Part shown: positions 40,030 to 51,148 of the stretch, one piece after another
How the letters are laid out: every line of letters begins with the position of its first letter
Numbering within the stretch: the stretch's first letter is position 1
Assembly: GCA_963796955.1 (NCBI GenBank)
Contig: CAWCNJ010000004.1
Coordinates: forward strand, 1 to 64,000
Direction of reading: 5' to 3'
DNA from: Endomicrobiales bacterium
GTDB lineage: Bacteria; Elusimicrobiota; Endomicrobiia; Endomicrobiales; JALOBY01
Length of the DNA: 64,000 nucleotides
Made by a program: the position numbers and the translations under genes
The notes under the pieces: model-generated
Seen by the model: the letters and a program-made list of their open reading frames with translations, nothing else
Database searches by the model: none
What the model was told of the DNA's origin: nothing

Positions 40030-40587
40030 ATGGACAAAAAAAAGATCGAGAAGGCTGTTGCCGCGCTGCTTGAAGCGATAGGGGAGAACCCGCAGCGTGA
40101 AGGCCTGAAAGGCACCCCGGCGCGCATGGGCGAACTGTATTGCGAGCTGCTGGAAGGGCATAACGACGATCCTAAGAACATTCTGAAAGTTTATTACAGC
40201 GAAGAAGAACATGAAGAAATAGTTCTGGTTAAAGATATTGCGTTTTATTCGATGTGCGAGCACCATCTGCTGCCGTTCTTTGGCAAAGTGCATCTGGCCT
40301 ATATCCCGAAAAAACACCGGTTGCTGGGCCTGTCAAAACTTGTGCGGGTAGTGGAAATGTACGCGCGCCGTCTGCAGTTGCAGGAGCGCATGACCAAACA
40401 GATGGCCGATGCCATTATGGATGTGGCGAAGCCGCACGGCTGCATGGTGGTGATCGAGGCGGAACACCTCTGCATGACCATGCGCGGTGTTAAAAAGCCG
40501 GGTTCAAAAATGGTGACCTCGGCGATGCGCGGCATATTCCTTAAGGACGCCCGCACCAGGGCAGAAGCGCTCTCGTTGATAAAATGA
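40030..40587 (+). CDS. folE: GTP cyclohydrolase I
   Basis: [15 protein letters not shown]. Confidence 0.97.
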   Translation: MDKKKIEKAVAALLEAIGENPQREGLKGTPARMGELYCELLEGHNDDPKNILKVYYSEEEHEEIVLVKDIAFYSMCEHHLLPFFGKVHLAYIPKKHRLLGLSKLVRVVEMYARRLQLQERMTKQMADAIMDVAKPHGCMVVIEAEHLCMTMRGVKKPGSKMVTSAMRGIFLKDARTRAEALSLIK

Positions 40588-41798
40588 CCATACGCGTATT
40601 AGATTTATCAACACCGGCGGAAGCGCGCGCGGCTGTAGCGCGGACCGGGGCGGATCCCTATTCTGTGCCGTTGATGGCGGCTAAAGCCATAGTGCGCGCC
40701 GTAGAATTAAAGAATATCGACAACCGGGCCGCGAACCTTCTGAAGCAGGAAATGCTGAGCCTGGGCGGTGAGGCCGCGGTGAGCCACGCTGTTTCCCGTT
40801 TTGAAAAAGGTTCATCAACTGTCTTGCTGCTTGGCACCGTTTCGCAGTTCGGCCGGCTTTTGCCGCGGCTTTCCAGACAGCCGTTCGGTCTGAAAACCAT
40901 TGCGCAGCAGCTTTCCATCGCTCTTTCAAACTACTCGTTACAAAATTTCAAGATAACGTCCCGCAGAAAAACGCTTGCTCTAGGCGACACTCCTGTGCTG
41001 ATGGGCATTCTTAACGTCACGCCCGATTCTTTTTCCGATGGTGGTCGTTATCAAACGCTTGAGGCGGCGGTCGCGCACGGCGTTTCAATGGCCGAAGCGG
41101 GCGCCGCAATAATAGATGTCGGCGGTCAGTCGACCAGACCGGGCGCGAAACCGGTGGGGGCGCACGAAGAAAAGGGCAGAGTCGTAAGCGTTATCCGCGC
41201 TCTTGCAAAAAAAGTCAAGGTTGCGATATCCATAGATACTTTTCAACCGGAAGTTGCACAAGCAGCCCTCGACGCCGGCGCGGGCATCATCAACGACATT
41301 ACCGCCTTACGTTTCAAGGGCGGAAAAATGGCGGCTGTTGCCGCAAGAAGTAAAACGCCGGTGGTGCTGATGCATATGCAGGGTACGCCGGGTACTATGC
41401 AGAAAAATCCGTCATATAAAGATGTCGTCTCTGAAATTCAAGATTTTTTCGTGGAACGCATGGGTTTTGCCGCGGATAAGGGTATAGATCCCGGACGGAT
41501 AATACTAGATCCCGGGTTAGGCTTTGGTAAAACCGCGCAGCATAATCTGGCGATCCTGCGGCGCCTGAAAGAGTTCTCCGTCATTGGCCGGCCGCTGCTG
41601 GTAGGGTTGTCTAACAAATCATTTGTCGGTAAGGTGACCGGTGTAGAAGCTGCACATGACCGGTTGAACGGCAGCATAGGCGCCGCTCTCTGGGCGGCAA
41701 TGAACGGCGCGCGGATATTACGCGTACACGACGTGGCTGCAACGTCCCAGGCTATAAGAATGTTGTCAGCAATAAGGAATTCCGATAATGCTGTATGA
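40584..41798 (+). CDS. folP: Dihydropteroate synthase with N-terminal extension
   Basis: [33 protein letters not shown]. Confidence 0.96.
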   Translation: MTIRVLDLSTPAEARAAVARTGADPYSVPLMAAKAIVRAVELKNIDNRAANLLKQEMLSLGGEAAVSHAVSRFEKGSSTVLLLGTVSQFGRLLPRLSRQPFGLKTIAQQLSIALSNYSLQNFKITSRRKTLALGDTPVLMGILNVTPDSFSDGGRYQTLEAAVAHGVSMAEAGAAIIDVGGQSTRPGAKPVGAHEEKGRVVSVIRALAKKVKVAISIDTFQPEVAQAALDAGAGIINDITALRFKGGKMAAVAARSKTPVVLMHMQGTPGTMQKNPSYKDVVSEIQDFFVERMGFAADKGIDPGRIILDPGLGFGKTAQHNLAILRRLKEFSVIGRPLLVGLSNKSFVGKVTGVEAAHDRLNGSIGAALWAAMNGARILRVHDVAATSQAIRMLSAIRNSDNAV

Positions 41799-42579
41799 GA
41801 TCTGGTTCAATTATTTAATACCGGTCGCCGATATACTGCTGATAGCCTACGTTTTTTACCGGGCTCTGCTTCTGATACAGGGTACGCGGGCCGTGCAGAT
41901 AATAATAGGTATCTTAACGCTGGTGGTCATCACCGTTATAGCTGAGGCGGTGCTGCGGCTTAATACGCTCAGCTGGCTGCTGAACAAATTCTGGGTGGCG
42001 GCACCCGTCATTTTGGTGGTGGTCTTTCAGCCCGAAATACGCAGTATGCTCGCGCAGCTGGGCAGCCACCGCTGGAGCCGTATGTTGCTGACGTCCCAAC
42101 AACAGTTCATAGACGAGATAATCGATGCGGTGAAAGATTGTTCCACACGCAACGTAGGCGCTCTTATCGTGCTGGAGCAGGAAATAGGATTGCGCACCCA
42201 GATAGAGACGGGTACGATCATTAACGGCGAAGTAAGCAAAGAGCTTTTGCAATCTATTGTGAACACCAAGTCGCCGCTGCACGACGGCGCGATAATAATA
42301 CAAAATAATCGCCTGATAGCCGCCGGCTGCCTGCTGCCGCTTACCAGCGAGAATGGTATATTGAAGGTGCTGGGCACGCGTCACCGCGCGGCTGTAGGCC
42401 TCAGCGAGATCTCCGACGCGCTGATCATTGTGGTGAGCGAAGAGAGCGGCGGTATTTCGGTTGCCCGCAGCGGGAAACTTGAAACGAATATTGAAGCCGC
42501 GGAATTGCGCGGCCGGCTTAAGGATATGTACGCGCAACGGGCGAGATCGCTGCTGCGCAGGGCCAGGGAGCAGGCATGA
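41788..42579 (+). CDS. cdaA: Diadenylate cyclase
   Basis: Three N-terminal TMs, FQPEIR, LHDGA, GTRHRAA. Confidence 0.96.
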   Translation: MLYEIWFNYLIPVADILLIAYVFYRALLLIQGTRAVQIIIGILTLVVITVIAEAVLRLNTLSWLLNKFWVAAPVILVVVFQPEIRSMLAQLGSHRWSRMLLTSQQQFIDEIIDAVKDCSTRNVGALIVLEQEIGLRTQIETGTIINGEVSKELLQSIVNTKSPLHDGAIIIQNNRLIAAGCLLPLTSENGILKVLGTRHRAAVGLSEISDALIIVVSEESGGISVARSGKLETNIEAAELRGRLKDMYAQRARSLLRRAREQA

Positions 42580-42674
42580 ATATTTTCAGACGGTTCAGGG
42601 AAAATTGGGACCTGAAGCTTATCGCCCTGGCGCTGGCGATAGCATTATGGTACTACGTGAGGTATTTTTCATGA
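42576..42674 (+). CDS. 32-aa single-TM microprotein resembling the CdaR/YbbR membrane anchor
   Basis: [36 protein letters not shown] overlaps with both the cdaA stop and the glmM start; absent from the ORF track. Confidence 0.75.
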   Translation: MNIFRRFRENWDLKLIALALAIALWYYVRYFS

Positions 42675-44017
42675 AACTTTTCGGTACTGACGGCATACGA
42701 GGCGTGGCGGGGGATTATCCGCTGGACAGCGATAATGTAAAAAAGATAGGCGCCGCGGCCGCAGTGGTGTTCGCGAAAGGCACAACGAAACGGCCTTTGA
42801 TAATTATAGGCCGCGATACCCGCCTTTCCGGCGATGGTATAGCCAGGGCGCTTACCGGCGCTCTGACGCGCGGCGGCATTGATGTGTGGGACGTGGGCGT
42901 TATACCCACGCCGGCGGTTGCGTACCTGTGCATTAAATACCCGGTTGCGGCGGGTATCGTTATTTCAGCCTCGCATAACCCCTGGCAGGACAACGGCATA
43001 AAATTCTTCTCGCATAAAGGTACTAAGCTGCCCGACAGCCTTGAAGAGAAGATAGAAAAATTTATTTTTACTCCGAAAATCATCCCCGAAGCGAGGCCGG
43101 GAAGAAAATATTTTAAAAAAGTTCTCGTGAAGGAATACGAACAATTCCTCGCCGGTTCTCTTCCAAAAGGGATGGATCTTAAAGGCCTGTCCATTGTTAT
43201 AGATTGCGCGAACGGTTCCACCTGCGCGGTTGCGGGCAGGGTCATGGAAAAGCTGGGCGCGAAAGTGAAGGCATACAACACAAAGCCCGACGGCAGGAAC
43301 ATTAACGAAGAATGCGGCGCGCTGCACCCTGATAAGATAGCGAAAGAAGTTTTAAAGAACAAAGCTGACATAGGTTTCGCTTTTGACGGCGACGGTGACA
43401 GGGTTATGCCGGTAGACCAGCGCGGCATTGTACGCGACGGCGATTATTATCTGGCCATTATGAGCCGGTACATGAAGGATCGGGGAACGCTTGCGAAAAA
43501 TACGCTGGTAGCGACGGTCATGTCCAATCTGGGGCTATTGAAGGCGATGGAAGCGAATGATATCAAGGTATTACAGACTGCTGTCGGGGATAAAAGCGTT
43601 TCCGAGGGGATGGCAAGATCCGGCGGCATTATCGGCGGCGAGCAGTCCGGCCATATCATTTTAAAGGATCATCTGCCGACGGGTGACGGTATATTGAGCG
43701 CGCTGCAATTGACCGCGGTGATAAAAGGAACGGGTAAATCGCTTGAGGAGCTCTCAAAGATCCTTACAAAATTCCCGCAGGTGCTGCTCAACGAACACGT
43801 CTCGAAAAAAGTTCCCCTTGAACAATTGCCCGCGCTGCGCGCTAAAATAGCGGTTTACGAAAAACAACTGGGTGACAACGGCCGCGTTTTCGTAAGATAT
43901 TCCGGCACGGAAACCATGCTGCGCGTTATGATAGAAGGCCCTGATAAAAAACAAATAGAGACTATGGCAAAAGACCTGGTTGCTATAGCGAAAAAAGAAA
44001 TTGAATCGAAAAAATGA
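42671..44017 (+). CDS. glmM: Phosphoglucosamine mutase
   Basis: [30 protein letters not shown]. Confidence 0.97.
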   Translation: MKLFGTDGIRGVAGDYPLDSDNVKKIGAAAAVVFAKGTTKRPLIIIGRDTRLSGDGIARALTGALTRGGIDVWDVGVIPTPAVAYLCIKYPVAAGIVISASHNPWQDNGIKFFSHKGTKLPDSLEEKIEKFIFTPKIIPEARPGRKYFKKVLVKEYEQFLAGSLPKGMDLKGLSIVIDCANGSTCAVAGRVMEKLGAKVKAYNTKPDGRNINEECGALHPDKIAKEVLKNKADIGFAFDGDGDRVMPVDQRGIVRDGDYYLAIMSRYMKDRGTLAKNTLVATVMSNLGLLKAMEANDIKVLQTAVGDKSVSEGMARSGGIIGGEQSGHIILKDHLPTGDGILSALQLTAVIKGTGKSLEELSKILTKFPQVLLNEHVSKKVPLEQLPALRAKIAVYEKQLGDNGRVFVRYSGTETMLRVMIEGPDKKQIETMAKDLVAIAKKEIESKK

Positions 44018-44715
44018 TAAAACTCGGCGTTAATATCGACCATATCGCGACATTGCGCCAGCAGCGTAAGGGTATGTACCCCGATGTTTTGGCAGCCGCT
44101 CTAGCCTGTGAGAAAGCCGGTGCCAACGGCATTACCGTGCACCTGCGCGAGGATAGAAGGCATATCCAGGACAATGATGTCGTGTTGCTGCGCAAGAATA
44201 TCGCGACGCGTTTGAACCTTGAAATGGCCGTCTCTGAAGACATTATCGCGATAGCCTTGAAGGTACGGCCGGATTATGTGTGCCTGGTGCCGGAAAAAAG
44301 GCAGGAACTGACAACCGAAGGGGGCCTGGACGTGGCGGGCTCATTCGATACGGTGAAGGATGCAGTTACCCGTTTAAAGAAAGGCGGGATAAAAGTCAGC
44401 TTGTTCATTGATCCCGAAAGGTCCCAGGTTGATGCCGCCAAAGATGCCGGCGCCGATACTGTGGAGTTACACACAGGGAAATATGCCGAGCATCATACGG
44501 ATGCGGCTGAGTTCGAGCGGGTGCGGATTGCCGGCGCCCGGGCTGTCGCGCAGAACCTTGTTTTAAACGCGGGCCACGGACTTGACTATGAAAATGTCAG
44601 GTTGATAGCCGCCTTGCCGGGCATGAATGAATTGAATATCGGGTTTTCAATAGTTTCCAGGGCGCTCTTCGTAGGTTTAGAACAAGCCGTCCGTGAAATG
44701 AAACAATTACTATAG
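44014..44715 (+). CDS. pdxJ: Pyridoxine 5'-phosphate synthase
   Basis: [26 protein letters not shown]. Confidence 0.97.
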   Translation: MIKLGVNIDHIATLRQQRKGMYPDVLAAALACEKAGANGITVHLREDRRHIQDNDVVLLRKNIATRLNLEMAVSEDIIAIALKVRPDYVCLVPEKRQELTTEGGLDVAGSFDTVKDAVTRLKKGGIKVSLFIDPERSQVDAAKDAGADTVELHTGKYAEHHTDAAEFERVRIAGARAVAQNLVLNAGHGLDYENVRLIAALPGMNELNIGFSIVSRALFVGLEQAVREMKQLL

Positions 44716-44730
44716 GGGGAGAGGAAATAT

Positions 44731-46560
44731 ATGTGCGGAATAGTGGGTTATATAGGGAATAAAGAAGCGAGCACGGTAATACTGGATGGGTTGCGCCGCC
44801 TGGAGTACCGCGGGTATGATTCGGCCGGTATCGCCGCGATAGATAAAGAGATACTGGATCTGCGCCGTTCGGTCGGTAAACTGCATAATTTGCAGGCCCT
44901 GCTGATAAACGCTCCTCTGAAGGGTTGCGTGGGTGTAGGCCACACCCGGTGGGCCACACACGGCAAACCTTCCGAAGAGAATGCCCATCCCCATACGGAT
45001 TGCAGCGGCAAAATAGTGGTGGTGCACAACGGTATCATAGAGAATTACCTTGAGCTTAAGACCGCGCTTAAGGCCGCAGGCCACACGTTCAAGTCTGATA
45101 CCGATACAGAGGTGATCGCGCATACTATCGAAAAGAATTTCAAAGGCGATCTGCTGCAGGCGGTCAAAAAATCCATCTCTGAAATACGGGGGGCATTCGC
45201 CCTTGGGGTGATCTGCAGCGATGATCCGGACCGCATTATCGCGGCCCGTAAAGACGCCCCGCTTATAGTTGGCCTTGGCGACGGCGAGAATTTTATCGCG
45301 TCAGATGTGCCGGCGCTGCTTTCGTATACCCGTAAAATGGTGTTCCTGGAAGATGGCGATATCGTTGAGTTGAAACCGAACACGGTAACCATTTGGGACG
45401 CGACGGGCGCGGAAGTTAGCCGCCCGCATACCATAATCACCTGGGACCCGGTTGCCGCCGAGAAAGGCGGTTTCAAGCACTTCATGCTCAAAGAGATCCA
45501 CGAACAGACCGTCACCATTCAGGATACTATCCGCGGCCGTATTTACCCCGATGAGGGACGTATTTATCTGGAAGAGGTAAAACTAACTGATGAAGACTTG
45601 CGCGGCCTGTCACAGGTGTATATCGTGGCCTGCGGTACCTCGTACCATGCCGGCCTTGTCGGAAAATTCCTGTTGGAAAACCTGGCCAGGATACCTATTG
45701 AAGTTGATATAGCCTCGGAATTCCGTTACCGTAATCCGGTCCTGGGCAAAAACGTTCTGGTGATCGTTATTTCGCAGTCGGGTGAGACCGCTGATACGCT
45801 AGCCGCGCTACGCCTTGCAAAACAGCAGGGCTGCCGCACAATGGCCATATGCAACGTCGTCGGTTCCTCGGTCAGCCGGGAAGCCGAAAGCGTGCTCTAC
45901 ACCCATTGCGGCCCCGAGATCGGCGTTGCCTCGACCAAGGCTTTCACCGGGCAATTAGCCAGCATGTACCTGCTGGCCATAGATTGGGCTTCCCGTCTGA
46001 AAACATTGCCGGCCGGCGAAGTTTCCAGGCTTATTAACGAATTCTGGCGCGTGCCGATGCTGGTAAAAGAAGTGCTGAAAAAAGATAAAGAGATAGAAGC
46101 GCTCGCGCGGTTATACTCTGCTAAAAAGGATTTTCTTTTCCTTGGGCGCAATGTTAATTACCCGATAGCATTGGAAGGCGCCCTTAAATTAAAAGAGATC
46201 TCCTATATTCATGCTGAAGGCTACGCGGCTGGTGAAATGAAACATGGCCCTATCGCCCTGATAGACGAAAACATGCCGGTGATGGTGATAGCCACGAACG
46301 GAAAGGTGTTTGAAAAAATACTTGGCAATATGGAAGAGGTTAAAGCGCGCGGCGGCATAGCGATCGCGATAGGTACGGAAGGTAACAAAGAAGTAGGTTC
46401 CAAAGCGGACAAGGTGGTATTTGTACCGGCCTGCGATGAAATTTTTTCGCCGCTTATCAACGTTATTCCGTTGCAGTTGTTCGCCTATTATACGGCGGTT
46501 ATACTGGGCGCTGATGTGGACCAGCCGAGGAACCTGGCTAAATCCGTAACAGTGGAATAA
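44731..46560 (+). CDS. glmS: Glutamine-fructose-6-phosphate transaminase
   Basis: MCGIVG, GHTRWATHG, PRNLAKSVTVE. Confidence 0.98.
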   Translation: MCGIVGYIGNKEASTVILDGLRRLEYRGYDSAGIAAIDKEILDLRRSVGKLHNLQALLINAPLKGCVGVGHTRWATHGKPSEENAHPHTDCSGKIVVVHNGIIENYLELKTALKAAGHTFKSDTDTEVIAHTIEKNFKGDLLQAVKKSISEIRGAFALGVICSDDPDRIIAARKDAPLIVGLGDGENFIASDVPALLSYTRKMVFLEDGDIVELKPNTVTIWDATGAEVSRPHTIITWDPVAAEKGGFKHFMLKEIHEQTVTIQDTIRGRIYPDEGRIYLEEVKLTDEDLRGLSQVYIVACGTSYHAGLVGKFLLENLARIPIEVDIASEFRYRNPVLGKNVLVIVISQSGETADTLAALRLAKQQGCRTMAICNVVGSSVSREAESVLYTHCGPEIGVASTKAFTGQLASMYLLAIDWASRLKTLPAGEVSRLINEFWRVPMLVKEVLKKDKEIEALARLYSAKKDFLFLGRNVNYPIALEGALKLKEISYIHAEGYAAGEMKHGPIALIDENMPVMVIATNGKVFEKILGNMEEVKARGGIAIAIGTEGNKEVGSKADKVVFVPACDEIFSPLINVIPLQLFAYYTAVILGADVDQPRNLAKSVTVE

Positions 46561-46566
46561 ATTTTA

Positions 46567-46896
46567 ATGAATATCGGTATAGATATTGTTGAAGTCGGCA
46601 GGATAGCAAAACTGATCAAGAACAAAGCCTTTCTTAAGAGGGTTTTTACTGCGCAGGAAATGGCATATTGCTCGGCAAAAAAGAATAAGGCGCAGCATTT
46701 CGCAGTTCGTTTCGCGGCGAAAGAAGCCGTTTATAAAGCGCTTGGACAGGCAGCTCTTGCGCTTACAGATATCGGTGTAAAGAACCAGCCTTCAGGAAAA
46801 CCGGAAGTTTATATTAAGGGGAAGCGTAAGTCGGGTATAGCGATTTCCCTTACTCATACTGATTCATATGCCGCAGCCGTTGCTGTAAAACAATGA
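46567..46896 (+). CDS. acpS: Holo-ACP synthase
   Basis: IGIDIVE, RFAAKEA, SLTH. Confidence 0.96.
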   Translation: MNIGIDIVEVGRIAKLIKNKAFLKRVFTAQEMAYCSAKKNKAQHFAVRFAAKEAVYKALGQAALALTDIGVKNQPSGKPEVYIKGKRKSGIAISLTHTDSYAAAVAVKQ

Positions 46897-46900
46897 TGTT

Positions 46901-47025
46901 CTGTGCACGAAACCGTTTCCGGCCGGATATTTTCAGAGTGTGTCGCCTCTCGAGGCCCACGTTTTGAGACGCAGTCTCAGGGGGCCGTTCTGAAAATAGG
47001 AGGTGGAAATGGTTGAAATGCACAG
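46901..47025. other. ~125-bp rod-like imperfect palindrome (MITE-like element or structured ncRNA)
   Basis: Nested stems CTGTGCA/TGCACAG, AACCGTTTCC/GGAAATGGTT and TATTTTCAGA/TCTGAAAATA. Confidence 0.7.
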
Positions 47026-47044
47026 CACTAACAGGTGTCAAATA

Positions 47045-47917
47045 ATGAAAAAGATAGATCTTGGATTTGTAAAGTCACTGGTCGTTAAGCGCAAAAGATC
47101 CGCCCACAAAGGCGATTTTGGGCATGTGCTTATATTGGCCGGCTCAAGAGGCATGGCGGGAGCGGCGCGCCTTGCCGCGGGCGGCGCATTGCGCGGCGGA
47201 GCGGGCCTGGTGACTGTCGGCGTCGCAAAAAGCCTGTACACTGTTGTGGGCGAATGTTTAAGACCCGAATCCATGTTGTTGCTGCTGCCGGAAAATAAAT
47301 CCGGCGGGATAGCGCAGTCAGCTTTCGCAAAAATAACCGCTTTCGTAAAGAAGCGCGGTGTAACCTGCATCGTTGCCGGCCCCGGCATGGGTAATACCGC
47401 CGATACCGCCGCCCTGATCAAAAAGATCATTGCCGCCTTTGATATTCCCGTCGTTCTGGACGCCGACGCGCTTAATTCCCTGACCGGCAACCTGAAAATA
47501 TTTCAAACTGCCCGCGCCAAAGTTATCGTAACGCCTCACCCCGGCGAGATGTCCCGTCTGGCCGTCATGATGCCGGCGCGCGTGCAGGGGAACCGTGAGT
47601 CCGTTGCCCGCCTGTTCGCGAAAAGACACAAGATCATCTGCGTATTAAAAGGCGCGGGCACCGTTGTCAGTGACGGCGAACGAACATTTATTAACACTTC
47701 CGGCAACCCCGGTATGGCGACCGGCGGCACGGGCGATGTGCTTGCGGGTCTTATCGGCGCGCTTACTATGCAGGTGAAAGAACCGAAAACACTGAACGCT
47801 GCCCTGTCAGGCGTCTTTATACACGGCAGAGCCGGCGATTTAGCCGCACAAGAAAAAACAGAAATGGGCATGTTGGCCGGCGACTTAATTGAATATATAC
47901 CAAAAGCGTTGAAATAG
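47045..47917 (+). CDS. nnrD: NAD(P)H-hydrate dehydratase (YjeF C-domain only)
   Basis: HKGDFG, DADAL, TPHPGE, GGTGDVLAG. Confidence 0.93.
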   Translation: MKKIDLGFVKSLVVKRKRSAHKGDFGHVLILAGSRGMAGAARLAAGGALRGGAGLVTVGVAKSLYTVVGECLRPESMLLLLPENKSGGIAQSAFAKITAFVKKRGVTCIVAGPGMGNTADTAALIKKIIAAFDIPVVLDADALNSLTGNLKIFQTARAKVIVTPHPGEMSRLAVMMPARVQGNRESVARLFAKRHKIICVLKGAGTVVSDGERTFINTSGNPGMATGGTGDVLAGLIGALTMQVKEPKTLNAALSGVFIHGRAGDLAAQEKTEMGMLAGDLIEYIPKALK

Positions 47918-47936
47918 CGACTTTTAAGGATCAGGT

Positions 47937-49991
47937 GTGAACAACAAAATTTCTTTTGCTACGATCATTAACACGGTGATACGGCTGGTCGCGCTGAACG
48001 CGGCTGTGTTGTTGGTGATGACGCTGTGCCGTGTGGTGTTTTTTGTGCACTTCGGCCATTCCATGCAATTTGCCGGCCTTTGGCATTACGTGATCAGGGC
48101 ATTCATGCTCGGCATGCGTTTTGACCTGGTGCAGGTGGCCTGGGTGAACGCGCTGGTGCTGTTATCATTGTTCATAATTTGGGCAATCGGGAGCAGAAAG
48201 GTTTTTGAAGGCTGGCTTGCCGGGCTCACGTGGTATTACACGTTTTTCTTTGTGGTCATATTTACGATCATCGGCGTCGATTTTGGCTTCTATTCGTTCT
48301 TTAACGAGCATATTAATATCCTTGTCTTCGGTTTTTTTGAAGATGACACGAAAGCGCTTTTGTCCACCATGTGGAATAATTACCCTATAATTCGCATGAC
48401 ACTTGGTCTGGCCGCAATGATAGCCGTAGTTTACGCGGTAGTTCGCTTTACAATATCGTCGATAAGAAAAGCACCTGAGACTGTCCGTACGTTTCATGTT
48501 TCAGCCAGGGTGTCAATTATAACATTGTTGCTGTTTGTTAACTTTTTTGCGGTGCGCGGTTCGTTCGGCATGTTCCCGCTGGACATTATGGATAGCGCGA
48601 TATCGCCCAACGAATACATTAATAAACTTTCACTGAACGGGGTTTATACGTTTTATAGGGCCGTTGAATTTAGAATGAAGGATGATAAAGCCTATAATCT
48701 GTTACAGGCGCTCGGCTATAAAGACCGGGTCGGCGATGCTGTCTCTGTCTATCTCGGTAAAACGGTTGCCGTGGATCCCGCCAACCCCCTCGCCGCCCTG
48801 ATCAGGCGCACGCCGCTTAACCCCGCGGCCGCAAAGCTAAAACCGAACGTGGTCGTTTTTCAAATGGAATCCTTTGCGACGCACCTTACCAACTATAATT
48901 CCCCTGATTTTGATATGCTGGGCGATCTTAAAGAGCATATGGCGAAAGACCACGTTTTCTGGCGGTTCGTTTCTTCCGATATTGGGACGATCGGCTCGCT
49001 GGAATCGTTCCTGATGAACACCCCTAAACGGCCGGAATCAAAATATGTTACGCAGTCAAAATATGCTTTCAATTCTTACGCTTCCGGCATGGCGGTGCCC
49101 TACAAGAACGCCGGCTATGAGACGATATTCATCTACGGCGGCAATGTGGGATGGCGCAATATAAATTCCTTCGTCCCGCTGCAAGGGTTCGACCAGTGCC
49201 TGGGAGAGGGTTCCATGGACCTGGCATATGGCCGCAACGAATGGGGTGTGTACGATGAGCATTTGTTCGATTTTACGCTGAAAAAGCTTGCCGAGAACCC
49301 GGATAAACCGAAATTTATTTTCGTGGTCACGACCAGCAACCACCCGCCCTACACACTGCCGGCGGACTATAAGGCGAGACCTATCCATATGCCGCCGGAA
49401 GTTCGTAAATTGATAGCCTCCGACACTGATCTGGTGGACAAGCGCTTGATCGCCTATCAGTACGCGAATCAAAAATTTGCCGAGTTCCTGACCGCCCTTA
49501 AAAGCGGCCCGCTGGGAGGGAAAACCGTTATCGCCGCGAGTGGTGATCATAGTTTTCATTTATTTGATTATGGCAGCGACCGCACCTTCGATGTGCTGGG
49601 CGTACCGTTCTATCTGTACATCCCAAAGGCACTTGAGCCGGCGAAGGTAGATATGACTACCCCCGGTTCTCACGCTGATATAGTGCCGACGGTCTATGAC
49701 CTTACTCTTTCGAATCAGCCCTATCTTGCCATCGGCCGTGACATGCTTGCACCGGGAGACCATATCGGCTACAACACTACCGGGTTGATATTTTCCGATA
49801 AGGCAGTGGCTAAGTACGATTATAAAACAGGCGCAACTGAATACTTCGCCTGGGACCCGGCTAATTACCGGCGTCTTGTCGTTGCGCCGAAGAACGCCGA
49901 GCATGAACGGATCATCAACTATTATAAGGCTTCATTAGCACTGACGGATTATCTGGTGCATAATCCCATGAAACCGGCGGACCTGAAATGA
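47937..49991 (+). CDS. LTA synthase / sulfatase-superfamily membrane protein
   Basis: Five TMs; PNVVVFQMESF, TTSNHPPY, GDH. Confidence 0.9.
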   Translation: MNNKISFATIINTVIRLVALNAAVLLVMTLCRVVFFVHFGHSMQFAGLWHYVIRAFMLGMRFDLVQVAWVNALVLLSLFIIWAIGSRKVFEGWLAGLTWYYTFFFVVIFTIIGVDFGFYSFFNEHINILVFGFFEDDTKALLSTMWNNYPIIRMTLGLAAMIAVVYAVVRFTISSIRKAPETVRTFHVSARVSIITLLLFVNFFAVRGSFGMFPLDIMDSAISPNEYINKLSLNGVYTFYRAVEFRMKDDKAYNLLQALGYKDRVGDAVSVYLGKTVAVDPANPLAALIRRTPLNPAAAKLKPNVVVFQMESFATHLTNYNSPDFDMLGDLKEHMAKDHVFWRFVSSDIGTIGSLESFLMNTPKRPESKYVTQSKYAFNSYASGMAVPYKNAGYETIFIYGGNVGWRNINSFVPLQGFDQCLGEGSMDLAYGRNEWGVYDEHLFDFTLKKLAENPDKPKFIFVVTTSNHPPYTLPADYKARPIHMPPEVRKLIASDTDLVDKRLIAYQYANQKFAEFLTALKSGPLGGKTVIAASGDHSFHLFDYGSDRTFDVLGVPFYLYIPKALEPAKVDMTTPGSHADIVPTVYDLTLSNQPYLAIGRDMLAPGDHIGYNTTGLIFSDKAVAKYDYKTGATEYFAWDPANYRRLVVAPKNAEHERIINYYKASLALTDYLVHNPMKPADLK

Positions 49992-51136
49992 AAGACCTCT
50001 CCACACTGCTGATCTCCATACGCCGGCAGATACATCAGTATCCGGAACTTGGCAATAATGAATTTAAGACCTCGGCTCTTATAGAAAAAACCCTTAAGGC
50101 TCACGGAATAAAAACCCTCCGCCCCGGGAAAACAGGGGTTGTCGGCACTATTAAAGGCACCGCTGCCGGCGCCGACCGGTGTGTGGCCCTGCGCGGTGAT
50201 ATTGACGCCCTGCCTGTGACCGAAGCAACCGGTGTGCCGTTCGCTTCAAAAACAACAGGGGTCATGCACGCCTGCGGCCACGACGCAAATTGTACCATGG
50301 TGCTGGGCGCTGCGCTGCTGCTCGCATCAAGAAAAAATATTTTTTCAGGGACCGTAAAATGCTTATTTCAGCCGAACGAGGAATCCTCTGACGGCGCGAA
50401 AGGCCTTATACGCGCCGGTGTGCTGAAAAACCCCGCTGTAGAAGCGATAGTCGGGATACATGTAAGCCCCTGGCTGAAGGTTGGCGAGCTGGGCTTGAAG
50501 CGCGGGGCTATGATGGCGGCGGTTGATCAGTTCAAGATCGAGATAATCGGTGAAGGCGGCCATGGCGCTTACCCGCATCTTGCGACCGATTCCATCGTTG
50601 CAGCGGCGCAGGTTATCAATGCTCTGCAAACCGTTGTTTCAAGGCAGGTTGACCCGGTGGAGCCGGCGGTGCTCACCATCGGGCAGATAAACGGCGGCGA
50701 ACGCTACAATATTGTGGCGGGCAAAGTTACCATGATAGGCACGGTGCGTACTCTGAACGAAAAAGTACACAGGCAGATGCCGGTTCTTATGGATAAGGTG
50801 ATCAAAAATATTTGCGCGGCCTTCGGGGCGAAGTATTCCTTCAAATATGAAGTGCTGGGCAGCGTATTGGAAAATAACGATGCGGTCCTTGATGTGTGCC
50901 GCCAAACAGGGATGGAAGTATTAGGCGCAGGCAATGTGAAACTGCTTGAAAAACCCTCTATGGGCGGCGAGGATTTCGCCGAGTATCTGCGCACGGTGCC
51001 CGGCTGCTTCCTGTATATCGGCGCGGCCGGTAAAAAGGCGTACCCATGGCATCATGAGAAGTTCAATATAGATGAGAAAGTGTTATCTGCCGGCGCTCAG
51101 CTGATGGCCGCCGCCGCTGAAAAACTATTACTGTAA
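49988..51136 (+). CDS. M20 family amidohydrolase
   Basis: HQYPELG, RGDIDALP, MHACGHD, FQPNEE, GEDF. Confidence 0.93.
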   Translation: MKDLSTLLISIRRQIHQYPELGNNEFKTSALIEKTLKAHGIKTLRPGKTGVVGTIKGTAAGADRCVALRGDIDALPVTEATGVPFASKTTGVMHACGHDANCTMVLGAALLLASRKNIFSGTVKCLFQPNEESSDGAKGLIRAGVLKNPAVEAIVGIHVSPWLKVGELGLKRGAMMAAVDQFKIEIIGEGGHGAYPHLATDSIVAAAQVINALQTVVSRQVDPVEPAVLTIGQINGGERYNIVAGKVTMIGTVRTLNEKVHRQMPVLMDKVIKNICAAFGAKYSFKYEVLGSVLENNDAVLDVCRQTGMEVLGAGNVKLLEKPSMGGEDFAEYLRTVPGCFLYIGAAGKKAYPWHHEKFNIDEKVLSAGAQLMAAAAEKLLL

Positions 51137-51148
51137 TCGGAGGTTGTT

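Noticed and set aside
42461..42670. 70-aa N-terminal extension of GlmM in the ORF track
   Set aside because: GlmM homology starts at MKLFGTDG (42671); the upstream region is cdaA and the mini-cdaR frame
44716..44730. glmS ribozyme
   Set aside because: Only 15 bp separate pdxJ and glmS
46901..47025. SRP (4.5S) RNA
   Set aside because: No conserved domain IV motif (CAGG...GNRA...AGCAG) on either strand
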